A DNA stretch of 64,000 nt, taken from assembly GCA_018052475.1 (NCBI GenBank), contig JAGPNG010000008.1:11885-75884 (forward strand). Reading direction: 5' to 3'. This DNA is from Candidatus Fermentithermobacillaceae bacterium (GTDB taxonomy: Bacteria > Bacillota > Sulfobacillia > Fermentithermobacillales > Fermentithermobacillaceae). Made by a program: the position numbers and the translations under genes. Shown piece by piece: positions 1-8,288 of this stretch. The notes beneath the pieces were generated by a model. That model was given only the letters and a program-made list of their open reading frames with translations. It was not told the origin of the DNA and ran no database searches. The stretch's first letter is position 1; every line of letters begins with the position of its first letter.

Positions 1-1
1 G

Positions 2-145
2 GATATGCTCAGAGATGCGCAGAAGAACCCCGACAAATATCGGGACTTGATAGTTCGTGTTGCAGGGTATAGTGATTACTTCTGCGATCTGACGAAAGCA
101 CTGCAAGATGAGATAATCGCTCGAACTGAACATTCGAGCTTCTAG
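2..145 (+). CDS. Glycyl-radical enzyme (PFL superfamily), C-terminal fragment; the 5' part lies outside the window.
   Basis: Frame 2 translates to ...[47 protein letters not shown]. The RVAGYS glycine-radical motif and the DEII(A)RT tail are typical of pyruvate formate-lyase-family C-termini. Stop codon at 143-145. Confidence 0.7.
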   Translation, partial: DMLRDAQKNPDKYRDLIVRVAGYSDYFCDLTKALQDEIIARTEHSSF

Positions 146-182
146 TTTGTGTGACAGATCGACCTTTGGTTGATCGCTACCA

Positions 183-230
183 AGAGCCTTCCATACGAGA
201 CTGCCGGTCTTGGCGGAAGGCTCTAGTTTT
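183..230 (+). terminator. Candidate intrinsic terminator downstream of the glycyl-radical enzyme gene.
   Basis: Inverted repeat AGAGCCTTCC (183-192) / GGAAGGCTCT (215-224) followed by AGTTTT. The loop is large (22 nt), so this is a weak call. Confidence 0.4.
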
Positions 231-342
231 GAGATACACCTTTTGTGCCTACGCAAAGAGCGACCTTTGCAGGTTAACCAGAGCGTAGGTAGAACTTAAA
301 TGTCTGACGGTTGCGAAAACACATATCAGGGGGAGGAGACAT

Positions 343-1062
343 TTGATAGATAATTTGAGTCCGTTGAGGAAGCCAAATAAGATCACGGAGATAATCACAG
401 ATAAGATTCGGCAGATGATCGAAGAGGGCGTGCTTAAGCCCGGGGACAAACTTCCGACAGAGAAGGAGCTGTGCGAGGGTTTTGGAGTAGGGCGTTCGTC
501 TGTTAGGGAAGCGTTACAAGGTCTCGAGTACATGGGACTAATCGAATCAAGACCGGGGGTAGGCCGTTTCTTGTCATCTGATTCCGATGTCCTTCTCAAA
601 TCCGAGAATTGGAGGTTTACTTTGGACAAAGCCTCGGCCTTTGAGCTTATGGAGGCAAGGCGTATATTGGAAGTTAGCGCTGTCGAGTTGGCCGCGGAAA
701 GAGCTTCAGATGAAGTAATCAAAAGACTCAAGGAACTTTTAGGCGTAATGGAAAAAGTCATGGATAGCGACATGGATCTTTTTTTCGATAAAGAGCTGCA
801 ATTTCACCTTACTCTTGCGGGCGCCTGTCAAAACAGCGTATTGGTAGACCTTATTAACGGAGTGATACACCGAGTCACAAAAGATAGTGAGAGATTCCTA
901 AGGACTTTACCGTACACTTTTTCCCGGACCGTCGAGCAGTTCCAAACTATAGTCCGCGCACTTGAAGAAGGTGACCCGGTTCTTGCAGGACAGAAGATGG
1001 ATGAGCACCTGGATTTGGTGAGATATGCCTTGGGCAAAGACGAAGAAGGCGTAAGCGAGTAA
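343..1062 (+). CDS. GntR-family transcriptional regulator of the FadR/FCD subfamily.
   Basis: N-terminal winged-HTH block KLPTEKELCEGFGVGRSSVREALQGLEYMGLIESRPGVGRF, followed by an alpha-helical FCD-like C-terminal domain. TTG start preceded by the GGGGGAGGAG SD. Confidence 0.85.
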   Translation: MIDNLSPLRKPNKITEIITDKIRQMIEEGVLKPGDKLPTEKELCEGFGVGRSSVREALQGLEYMGLIESRPGVGRFLSSDSDVLLKSENWRFTLDKASAFELMEARRILEVSAVELAAERASDEVIKRLKELLGVMEKVMDSDMDLFFDKELQFHLTLAGACQNSVLVDLINGVIHRVTKDSERFLRTLPYTFSRTVEQFQTIVRALEEGDPVLAGQKMDEHLDLVRYALGKDEEGVSE

Positions 1063-1089
1063 TCCGGGTTCTCTAAAGGAGGGCTTGCA

Positions 1090-2094
1090 ATGAAGTTTTC
1101 GAAGATGATTACCGCGATAGATACGCATACATGCGGTGAGCCCACTCGGATTGTAACCGGCGGAATTGGCCCTATTCCCGGAAGTACGGTGTCTGAAAAG
1201 ATGCTTTACTTCAGGGAAAACATGGACTCTTTGCGCACCATGCTAATGCATGAGCCAAGGGGACACAGCGTCATGTCGGGGGCGATACTGACTGAGCCGT
1301 GCCATAGCGATGCTGATATTGGAGTAATATATCTGGAAACAGGCGGTTATCTTCCCATGTGCGGGCATGATACCATTGGCGTGTGCACAGCCCTTGTGGA
1401 AACGGGAATGGTGAATGTTTCAGAGCCTGTGACCTCTATAACATTGGAGACTCCTGCGGGGTTAGTCCGGGCCAAGGTCAAGGTGAAAGACGGTTCCGCA
1501 GAATCCGTGACTTTTAAGAATACCGAGTCTTTTTTGTATAAGAAAGGACTATGCGTTCACATAGACGGTATCGGAAACGTAGTTACGGATATAGCGTATG
1601 GTGGGAACTTCTATGCAATAGTGGACGCCGGAGATGTTGGGATCAAGATATCGCCTGAGTATTCGGCTGAGATAAAAAGGATTGGCAGCGAGATTAAGAA
1701 ACGTGTGAACCAGGAGATTGAAGTAATACATCCCGAGAAACCCTTTATCAGACAGGTTACCCATGTTTGCTTTAGCGAAAGGATGCACGCGCCTCGGCTT
1801 GGCAGGAAGAATGCGGTGGTCATAACTAACGGTGATATAGATAGGTCGCCATGCGGGACCGGCACATGTGCAGTGCTTTCTAAGATGTATTCTGAAAAAG
1901 AGATCGCGAAAGGGGACGTTTTTCTCAGCGAGAGCATAATTGGCACAAGGTTTTTTGCGTCGGTTGTCGAAGAGTCTTTGATAGGTGGTATCCCTGGAGT
2001 TTTATGCGAAGTGGAAGGCAGGGCTTTCATTACAGGTTTTCATACGTTTGTAGTGGATCCGCAAGATTCCTTGCGGGATGGATTCATGCTCTAG
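1090..2094 (+). CDS. Proline racemase / 4-hydroxyproline 2-epimerase family enzyme with the Cys/Cys catalytic pair.
   Basis: AIDTHTCGEPTRIVTGG N-terminus; catalytic Cys motifs MCGHDTIG and SPCGTGTCA; length 334 aa; AAGGAGGG SD. Confidence 0.85.
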   Translation: MKFSKMITAIDTHTCGEPTRIVTGGIGPIPGSTVSEKMLYFRENMDSLRTMLMHEPRGHSVMSGAILTEPCHSDADIGVIYLETGGYLPMCGHDTIGVCTALVETGMVNVSEPVTSITLETPAGLVRAKVKVKDGSAESVTFKNTESFLYKKGLCVHIDGIGNVVTDIAYGGNFYAIVDAGDVGIKISPEYSAEIKRIGSEIKKRVNQEIEVIHPEKPFIRQVTHVCFSERMHAPRLGRKNAVVITNGDIDRSPCGTGTCAVLSKMYSEKEIAKGDVFLSESIIGTRFFASVVEESLIGGIPGVLCEVEGRAFITGFHTFVVDPQDSLRDGFML

Positions 2095-2135
2095 GAGGCT
2101 CAAGGCTATCTGCAGTACGGAGAGAGGGATAAGAC

Positions 2136-2441
2136 ATGCGAGTAATATCCCATCCTGTGCTTGAAGACATGCAAGGCGCTAAATGGGTAGAGATTACCGT
2201 AGACGGTAGGAAAATAGTGGCACGGCAAGGGGAGAGCATTGCAGCGGCTCTTATGGCGGAAGGCATAAGGACAATGAGGTATACACCAGTAAGGTCCGAG
2301 CCCAGAGGAGTATTTTGCGGGATCGGACAATGTAGTGACTGCATGGTCACGGTAAATGGCGTTCCAAATGTGAGAGCATGTATTACCCCGGTTGAAGAGG
2401 GCATGGTCGTGGAAACCGGAACAGTTCAGCATCGAGGTTAG
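2136..2441 (+). CDS. Small (2Fe-2S)-binding subunit, like the gamma subunit of opine oxidase or D-hydroxyproline dehydrogenase.
   Basis: 101 aa; Cys cluster FCGIGQCSDCMVTVNG...RAC; immediately upstream of the FAD/NAD oxidoreductase gene. Confidence 0.7.
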   Translation: MRVISHPVLEDMQGAKWVEITVDGRKIVARQGESIAAALMAEGIRTMRYTPVRSEPRGVFCGIGQCSDCMVTVNGVPNVRACITPVEEGMVVETGTVQHRG

Positions 2442-2445
2442 AGAG

Positions 2446-3588
2446 ATGTCTCATCAGGTCGATGTTTGTGTGGTAGGTTCGGGCCCCTCTGGTCTTGGGG
2501 CCGCAATAGAATGCGCGAGATACGGTCTTAGCGTCATCGTTTTGGATTCCAATCTTCAAGCAGGCGGTCAGTTGAACAAGCAAATCCACAAGTTTTTCGG
2601 TTCTAGCGCCCACCGAGCGGGTACAAGGGGAATTCTGATAGCCCAAGAGCTTTTGGAGGAAGCCCTAAGTCTCGGCGTTAGGGTATGGCTTGACTCTGAA
2701 GTATACTCCGTTTCAAACGATCTATCCCTTCAGATACTAAAAGGCGTAAGAGCTTCTAAAGTAACGGCTGACCGCGCCGCGCATCCTTGTACCCTTATGT
2801 GCAGATACCTGGTCATAGCAACGGGAGCTTCAGAAAAACCGGCACTGTTCCCCGGTTGGACTCTTCCGGGGGTTATGAGCGCGGGGGCTGTTCAAACCAT
2901 GATGAACTTGGAAAGGGTTTTGCCGGGAAGGAATTTCATCGTTGTAGGCGCAGGGAATGTTGGGCTCATAGTTGCCTATCAACTTCTGCAGGCAGGAGCC
3001 CAAGTGTCATGTGTTGTTGAATCTAATAAAGAGATAGGTGGATATGCCGTACATGCTGCCAAGATAAGGCGGTGTGGAGTTCCTATTCTGACTGAAACTA
3101 CTGTAATACGAGTTTTGGGCATAGACCAGGTAGAAGCAGCAGAAATAGGTAGGATCGGTGCCGATTGGAATGGGAAAGACTCCGCTAGGAAGCGGATTTG
3201 TGTAGACACGGTGTGTATGGCAGTAGGCCTCAAACCGTATGCCAGGCTTGCTTCTTTAGCAGGGTGTGCGTTTGGATATTACCCTCAACTCGGTGGTTGG
3301 GTTCCCCTGCACGACGAGTACATGATGACTACGAAACAAAACGTGTACGTGGTCGGTGATGCTTCCGGCATTGAAGAAGGAGGAATAGCTGAGGATGAAG
3401 GTCGTCTAGCTGGTCTTGATATAGCTCTTAGGGAAAACCCTTGGGAAAGAAACCTGGATTTGAATCGTAACAGGGTGAGAGAAAGACTATGGGAGAATAG
3501 ATCCGGAAAATATATGAGTGATAAAGGTGATGCTAAACGAGATGTAATATCCCGCTGGCACAATCTGTCCGATCCATCGGGACCATAA
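2446..3588 (+). CDS. FAD/NAD(P)-binding pyridine-nucleotide-disulfide-type oxidoreductase, like the alpha subunit of heteromeric proline / D-hydroxyproline dehydrogenase or opine oxidase subunit A.
   Basis: Two Rossmann GxGxxG motifs (VCVVGSGPSGLGAA and FIVVGAGNVGL) and VVGDASG. The start was moved to the ATG at 2446, just after the upstream stop at 2441; the ORF track begins at 2392 inside the previous gene. Confidence 0.75.
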   Translation: MSHQVDVCVVGSGPSGLGAAIECARYGLSVIVLDSNLQAGGQLNKQIHKFFGSSAHRAGTRGILIAQELLEEALSLGVRVWLDSEVYSVSNDLSLQILKGVRASKVTADRAAHPCTLMCRYLVIATGASEKPALFPGWTLPGVMSAGAVQTMMNLERVLPGRNFIVVGAGNVGLIVAYQLLQAGAQVSCVVESNKEIGGYAVHAAKIRRCGVPILTETTVIRVLGIDQVEAAEIGRIGADWNGKDSARKRICVDTVCMAVGLKPYARLASLAGCAFGYYPQLGGWVPLHDEYMMTTKQNVYVVGDASGIEEGGIAEDEGRLAGLDIALRENPWERNLDLNRNRVRERLWENRSGKYMSDKGDAKRDVISRWHNLSDPSGP

Positions 3589-3618
3589 GACGCATTTTGA
3601 CGTTCCCAGTCTGCCATA

Positions 3619-3930
3619 TTGCCCTTTTCTCGTGGGAAAGGAGAGTTGTTTCATTTGGATGATGACGTGGTTGTCTGCAGATGTGAAGAAGTGACCGTTC
3701 GGGATGTGAAAAAGGCAATAGCCGAAGGGGCATTTGATATCGCCGGAGTAAAGCGACGCACAAGAGCGGGAATGGGGATTTGCCAGGGTAGAACATGTGA
3801 AGACCTGATCAGGCAGATTTTGGTTTCTGAACTTGGGATAGAACCCGAAGCGGTATTACCGGATAAGGTCAGGACACCTATATCCCCTGTTACTTTCGAG
3901 ATCCTATCCGGTGGTGGAGCCCATGAATGA
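3619..3930 (+). CDS. BFD-like [2Fe-2S]-binding domain protein.
   Basis: VVCRCEEVTVRDVKKAI ... GICQGRTCEDLI, the classic BFD-like CxC...CxxC pattern. The exact start is uncertain because no good SD precedes the 3619 ATG. Confidence 0.65.
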   Translation: MPFSRGKGELFHLDDDVVVCRCEEVTVRDVKKAIAEGAFDIAGVKRRTRAGMGICQGRTCEDLIRQILVSELGIEPEAVLPDKVRTPISPVTFEILSGGGAHE

Positions 3931-5092
3931 GGTTTGCGACGTCGTGGTAGTCGGCTGTGGCGTGATAGGTGCAGCCATAACATATTACTTATCGGCAGCC
4001 GGTATGAAAGTGATCGCCGTGGACAGGTCGGACATAGCTTCCGGTACGTCATCGGCTTGTGACGGGAATATACTTGCAATAGACAAAGAGCCTGGTTTTG
4101 ACTCAAGAATGGCTCTTGAAAGCCAAAAACTCTTCGAGACGCTTGAAAAGGAGCTTTCGTTTGATTTGGAATACAGGCATCTTGGGAGCACTTTGGCTGT
4201 AGAGGACGAATATCAAGTAGAGCAAGCTGCCGAATGGGAAAAAGCCATGAGGGAGTCAGGGCTTGATGTCAGATTGATAGGCCCGTCAGACGTGCACTCA
4301 TACGAACCTATGATAGCCGAGGATGTCCTTGGACTTTTGGAGTGTGCTTCTGACGCTTCACTAAACCCCATAGCGTTGGTCCGCGCTTATGTACTTGCAG
4401 CTAGAGGAAATGGGGCGGTCATAGAGGAGTTTACCGGGGTTAAGGACATCTTGGTTACCGCTGACGGTCGTGTTGCGGGAGTTGAGACTGATTTGGGCAA
4501 AATACTTGCGCCATTCGTGGTATTGGCCGCAGGGGTCTGGACTCCCGAGATAGCTAAAAGGTGCGGCATTTGCATTCCGATCCTGCCTCGAAAGGGCCAT
4601 ATTATTGTATCCGAAAGGACTTTTAGAGTTGGCAGTAGGAAGATCCAGGAATTTGGGTATCTGATGGCAAAATTCGGAACAAGAGATAGACGCGGCGTAG
4701 ATAGTGAAACAGAGCAATACGGCATAGCCATGGTATTTGAACCTACCCCCCACGGCAACTTCCTTATAGGCTCAAGTAGAGAGTTTGTGGGATTTGATAC
4801 TTCCTGTAACACGAAAGTTGTAGCGCTCATGGCAAAACGAGCCATGAGGTTCTTCCCTTGCATCAAGGACATTAGAGTTATAAGGACATATGCAGGGCTC
4901 AGGCCCTACACACCTGATCATCGCCCTATAATCTCCGAGGTAGACGGCATTTCAGGTTTGTATGTTGCTTCGGGTCACGAAGGCGATGGGATAGGGTTAG
5001 CTCCTATCACAGGTGTTTTGGTGCGTGACATGGTTCTTAAGCGACCTTCGCAGATACCCCTAGAACCCCTTAGTTTGAGAAGATTTGCATAG
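3923..5092 (+). CDS. FAD-dependent oxidoreductase of the DAO family, like the beta subunit of D-proline / D-hydroxyproline dehydrogenase or sarcosine oxidase beta.
   Basis: N-terminal dinucleotide-binding motif CDVVVVGCGVIGAAITYYLSAAGMKVIAVDR, and a C-terminal SGHEGDGIGLAP motif typical of the DAO family. Overlaps the upstream gene's end, suggesting translational coupling. Confidence 0.8.
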   Translation: MNEVCDVVVVGCGVIGAAITYYLSAAGMKVIAVDRSDIASGTSSACDGNILAIDKEPGFDSRMALESQKLFETLEKELSFDLEYRHLGSTLAVEDEYQVEQAAEWEKAMRESGLDVRLIGPSDVHSYEPMIAEDVLGLLECASDASLNPIALVRAYVLAARGNGAVIEEFTGVKDILVTADGRVAGVETDLGKILAPFVVLAAGVWTPEIAKRCGICIPILPRKGHIIVSERTFRVGSRKIQEFGYLMAKFGTRDRRGVDSETEQYGIAMVFEPTPHGNFLIGSSREFVGFDTSCNTKVVALMAKRAMRFFPCIKDIRVIRTYAGLRPYTPDHRPIISEVDGISGLYVASGHEGDGIGLAPITGVLVRDMVLKRPSQIPLEPLSLRRFA

Positions 5093-5259
5093 AAACAAAT
5101 CTCGTAGAACTTCTGAGATAACATTTCACAAAAGCAGGAGTTTTCTTGGCTATGGAGAACCTCCTTAATATGTATAGACATCAGACAATCTGATCGGAAT
5201 CGGAATGGGTGTACTTCTGCCCTCGTTGCGCATTAGCTCAATCAAGGAGGCGGTTGGAA

Positions 5260-6918
5260 ATGGGTGAGAGAGATAGCGTTAAGCTGGTCCAATTGTACAG
5301 AGATTTTGACGAAAGATGTGCTACTTGTCTTGATCAGATAAAAAGCACCAGAAGATACGAAAAGCAGTTGTATGTACCTTCTGAGGAAACTCGAAAAAAG
5401 GCCGAGAGGGCCCTACAAGAACTCTTGGCTGAGGCCGGCGAACTAGAGGCGCCTGATGTTGTTTTTGAGATACTCAAGAACCATTTTGACGAGTTCATTC
5501 GCGAGCAAATGTCCCATCTCAGGAGAATGTTTGCCGGACCCAGTTCTTTTATCAGCGGAATATCGAACACAATTGACTACTACTCAAGGAAAGACTCACG
5601 TAGCAGTTCAGAAAGAGCAGAGATCCTTCTAAGTAGGTTGAACAACATAGACGCGGTTTGGTCGGGCGTAAGAAAACTTCTTCCCTCTACTGCGATAGAT
5701 GAAGTATCACAGATGTCAGATGTATGTGACACTCTTTCCACAGTAGCAAAAAAGATGGTCTCTAGGGTTCCCGAACTATATAGCGGTATGTCAGAAAAAC
5801 TCGTTCAGGAAGTACAGTCAGAGTTAGAACGGGTATCTGAACGGGCAAAGGGCTGGGAACAAGAGGTAAAGGAATTTGTGGAATCAAGAAAGAGTGGTTC
5901 CGGACACAAGGAAGTAGTATCGGAGAGGGATCCCATTGAAGAATACAGGTACCTACTCTTAAATCAGTTTGGAGTGGACCTAGACCAGATCTTATCCTGG
6001 CATGAGGAAGAAATCGAAAAGACCAGATCTGAGATGTTCGAAATCGCTAATCGTATTAACGTTCCGGGGTTGCCAAAGGTAGATTCAGTAGAAGATGTGG
6101 TAGATATATTGAACAAGTTCGAGGGCCCGTGTGACGAGCCCGACGAGATGTTCGTTAGGATGAGAGATTATCTAGACAGGGCTCAAAAGGCTACGCGCGA
6201 GTTTGTGAAGCTCCCGGAAGAAAGTGTCGTGGTGGTTCCTACGCCGGATACCCTCGTCAAGCACTATCCTTGGGGAGGATACGGAGGAGGCTGTCCCAGG
6301 AGAAGGCCTCTTCAGGGCGAAACATTCCTTAACGTTGAGAACTACAAAGCTGTAACCGACGGCTGGATCAGGATGAATTCGGTACATGAATGCTATCCAG
6401 GGCATCACGTTCAGTGGGTACGATCGGTGCTAGATCCTCTTCCTGAGACCGTTAAGGTCGGTGCTCGCGGGGTTCCGACTTTGGAGGGCAGCGCACATAG
6501 GTCGGAACGTCTCATGGAATTCATCTATCCAGACGATCCATTCTATCCGCTATTTGTGGCCTATAGGCGTCACCATACCTCGGTGCGGATAAAAGCAGAT
6601 TTGTGGCTCAGGTACTTTGGGCGTCCCTTTGACGATGTGGTCGATCTATATGTCCAAGAGCTTGGCTTTGAAAGGAAAGTTGCATCGGGTCAAGTGTTGG
6701 CTCAAAACCTCATGAAGGGCTATTTCACCTGTTATTACTATGGAATGAAACGTTTGACAGACCTTGAGCGGCAACTGGGATACAACCAGAAAGATTTCAC
6801 CGAACTGATTTTTTCCTTGCCAAGGGTTAGCCTCAAGACTATGGAAGAATTCTTGAAACTAAGCGAGCCTGATAAGTCTAGATTGCTAACTGAGTTTCCT
6901 AGCAAGGTAACACTCTAG
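5260..6918 (+). CDS. Uncharacterised conserved protein, paralog A; a putative metal-dependent hydrolase.
   Basis: 552 aa from the ATG at 5260, which has a strong AGGAGG SD 12 nt upstream. Conserved blocks shared with the 8289-9968 paralog: YPWGGYGGGCPRRRPL, HECYPGHHVQWVR, DDPFYPL, YRRHHTSVRIKADL, GYFTCYYYGMK. Confidence 0.8.
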   Translation: MGERDSVKLVQLYRDFDERCATCLDQIKSTRRYEKQLYVPSEETRKKAERALQELLAEAGELEAPDVVFEILKNHFDEFIREQMSHLRRMFAGPSSFISGISNTIDYYSRKDSRSSSERAEILLSRLNNIDAVWSGVRKLLPSTAIDEVSQMSDVCDTLSTVAKKMVSRVPELYSGMSEKLVQEVQSELERVSERAKGWEQEVKEFVESRKSGSGHKEVVSERDPIEEYRYLLLNQFGVDLDQILSWHEEEIEKTRSEMFEIANRINVPGLPKVDSVEDVVDILNKFEGPCDEPDEMFVRMRDYLDRAQKATREFVKLPEESVVVVPTPDTLVKHYPWGGYGGGCPRRRPLQGETFLNVENYKAVTDGWIRMNSVHECYPGHHVQWVRSVLDPLPETVKVGARGVPTLEGSAHRSERLMEFIYPDDPFYPLFVAYRRHHTSVRIKADLWLRYFGRPFDDVVDLYVQELGFERKVASGQVLAQNLMKGYFTCYYYGMKRLTDLERQLGYNQKDFTELIFSLPRVSLKTMEEFLKLSEPDKSRLLTEFPSKVTL

Positions 6919-7017
6919 GGAACGAAGGTGAATTCTCTTTCAAAGAAGAATGTATTTGATGGTACCTGATGGATGTTGGCCAAGTTCTTGCTCAAAGAAA
7001 GGAGACTGAACGTAACT

Positions 7018-8211
7018 ATGCGCAAGTTTCGTGTTTCTCCGGAGGAATTCAAGAGGCGGACTGACGTTGTACTCGAAGAAATGAAGGGTAAGGATATTAA
7101 GGGCTTTGTGTTTTGGAGTTCGGTCAGTATTTTTTATCTTTCCGGGTTTGCGTTTATACCGACAGAAAGACCGCTTTGCCTCATCTTGTCGCAAGATGGC
7201 AAAAAAACGATTTTTGGGCCCAGATTGGAGCTTGAGCATGCCCGAGAATGCCCTGAGGTAGCGGATATAAAGACATATCCCGACTATCCGGGTAAAACGC
7301 ATCCAATGAAGCAGTTGGGAAAACTTTTAGAAGAGATGGGTTTAGGTACGGGTAAAATCGGAAGCGACGGAGGCGGATATGCATCGTCTTCGGGCTATCG
7401 GGGACCCAAGCTGTCTGAAGTCTTGCCTTCGGCGGAGATACTCATAGATCCCTATCTTATAGAGAATATGAGAATGGTTAAGTCCAAAGAGGAGATCTTA
7501 CTCATCAAGGAAAGCTGCAGATGGGGGAATCTTGCTCACAAGTTCCTACAGCTTTACTCAAAACCCGGAGCCTACGAGAACGAGATTTCGGCCAGAGCTT
7601 CCCTAGAAGCCACGCTAGCCATGATTAACACCTTGGGGCCGCTGTATGATCCGACCACCATAGGGCGCGGCGGCGCTAGCGCCGGTTTTAGAGGGCAAAT
7701 TGGGCCTAACTCGGCTTTGCCTCACGCCATGTCGATAAATGCGGTCCTTAAGCCCGGGGATGTTTTGGTTACAGGTGCGGGTGCGGGAGTTTTTGGATAT
7801 AACAGTGAGCTGGAAAGGACTATGTTTGTAGGTGAACCCGACGATGAGAAGAAAAAGTACTTTGACTTGATGATGCAGGCACAACAAGTGGCTTTTGATA
7901 ACATAAAGCCGGGCCGCAAGTGCTCTGAGGTTGATGCGGCTGTGTCCGCTTTCTATGAGAAGCACAGTCTTTGGGACTACTGGAGACATCACACGGGCCA
8001 CGCTCTTGGCTTACTTGGTCATGAGGCACCTTTCTTCGATGTAGCAGATGACACCGTAATCAAGCCCGGAATGGTGTTTAGCGTTGAACCGGGGCTTTAC
8101 GTGATGGGTCTTGGAGGCTTTAGGCATTCCGACACTATATTGGTTACCGAAACCGGTATCGAAATGCTCACCTACTATCCGAGAGATTTGGAGTCTCTTA
8201 TCTGCGGATGA
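7018..8211 (+). CDS. Xaa-Pro aminopeptidase/dipeptidase, peptidase family M24B.
   Basis: M24 pita-bread signature HHTGHALGLLGHEAPF plus metal ligands (D..D..H..E..E pattern). The start was set at the ATG at 7018 (MRKFRVSPEEF), which has an AAGGAG SD. Confidence 0.85.
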   Translation: MRKFRVSPEEFKRRTDVVLEEMKGKDIKGFVFWSSVSIFYLSGFAFIPTERPLCLILSQDGKKTIFGPRLELEHARECPEVADIKTYPDYPGKTHPMKQLGKLLEEMGLGTGKIGSDGGGYASSSGYRGPKLSEVLPSAEILIDPYLIENMRMVKSKEEILLIKESCRWGNLAHKFLQLYSKPGAYENEISARASLEATLAMINTLGPLYDPTTIGRGGASAGFRGQIGPNSALPHAMSINAVLKPGDVLVTGAGAGVFGYNSELERTMFVGEPDDEKKKYFDLMMQAQQVAFDNIKPGRKCSEVDAAVSAFYEKHSLWDYWRHHTGHALGLLGHEAPFFDVADDTVIKPGMVFSVEPGLYVMGLGGFRHSDTILVTETGIEMLTYYPRDLESLICG

Positions 8212-8235
8212 TTCAGTAACTGTGGCAAGAACGAA

Positions 8236-8278
8236 GGAGCAGGGGCTATCAGACAGAAAAGGTCCCTGCTCCTTTTTT
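8236..8278. terminator. Bidirectional intrinsic terminator between convergent genes.
   Basis: GGAGCAGGGG (8236-8245) / CCCTGCTCC (8264-8272) stem followed by TTTTTT (8273-8278). It lies between the 3' ends of the M24 peptidase (+) and paralog B (-). Confidence 0.7.
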
Positions 8279-8288
8279 GGAATGTGGA

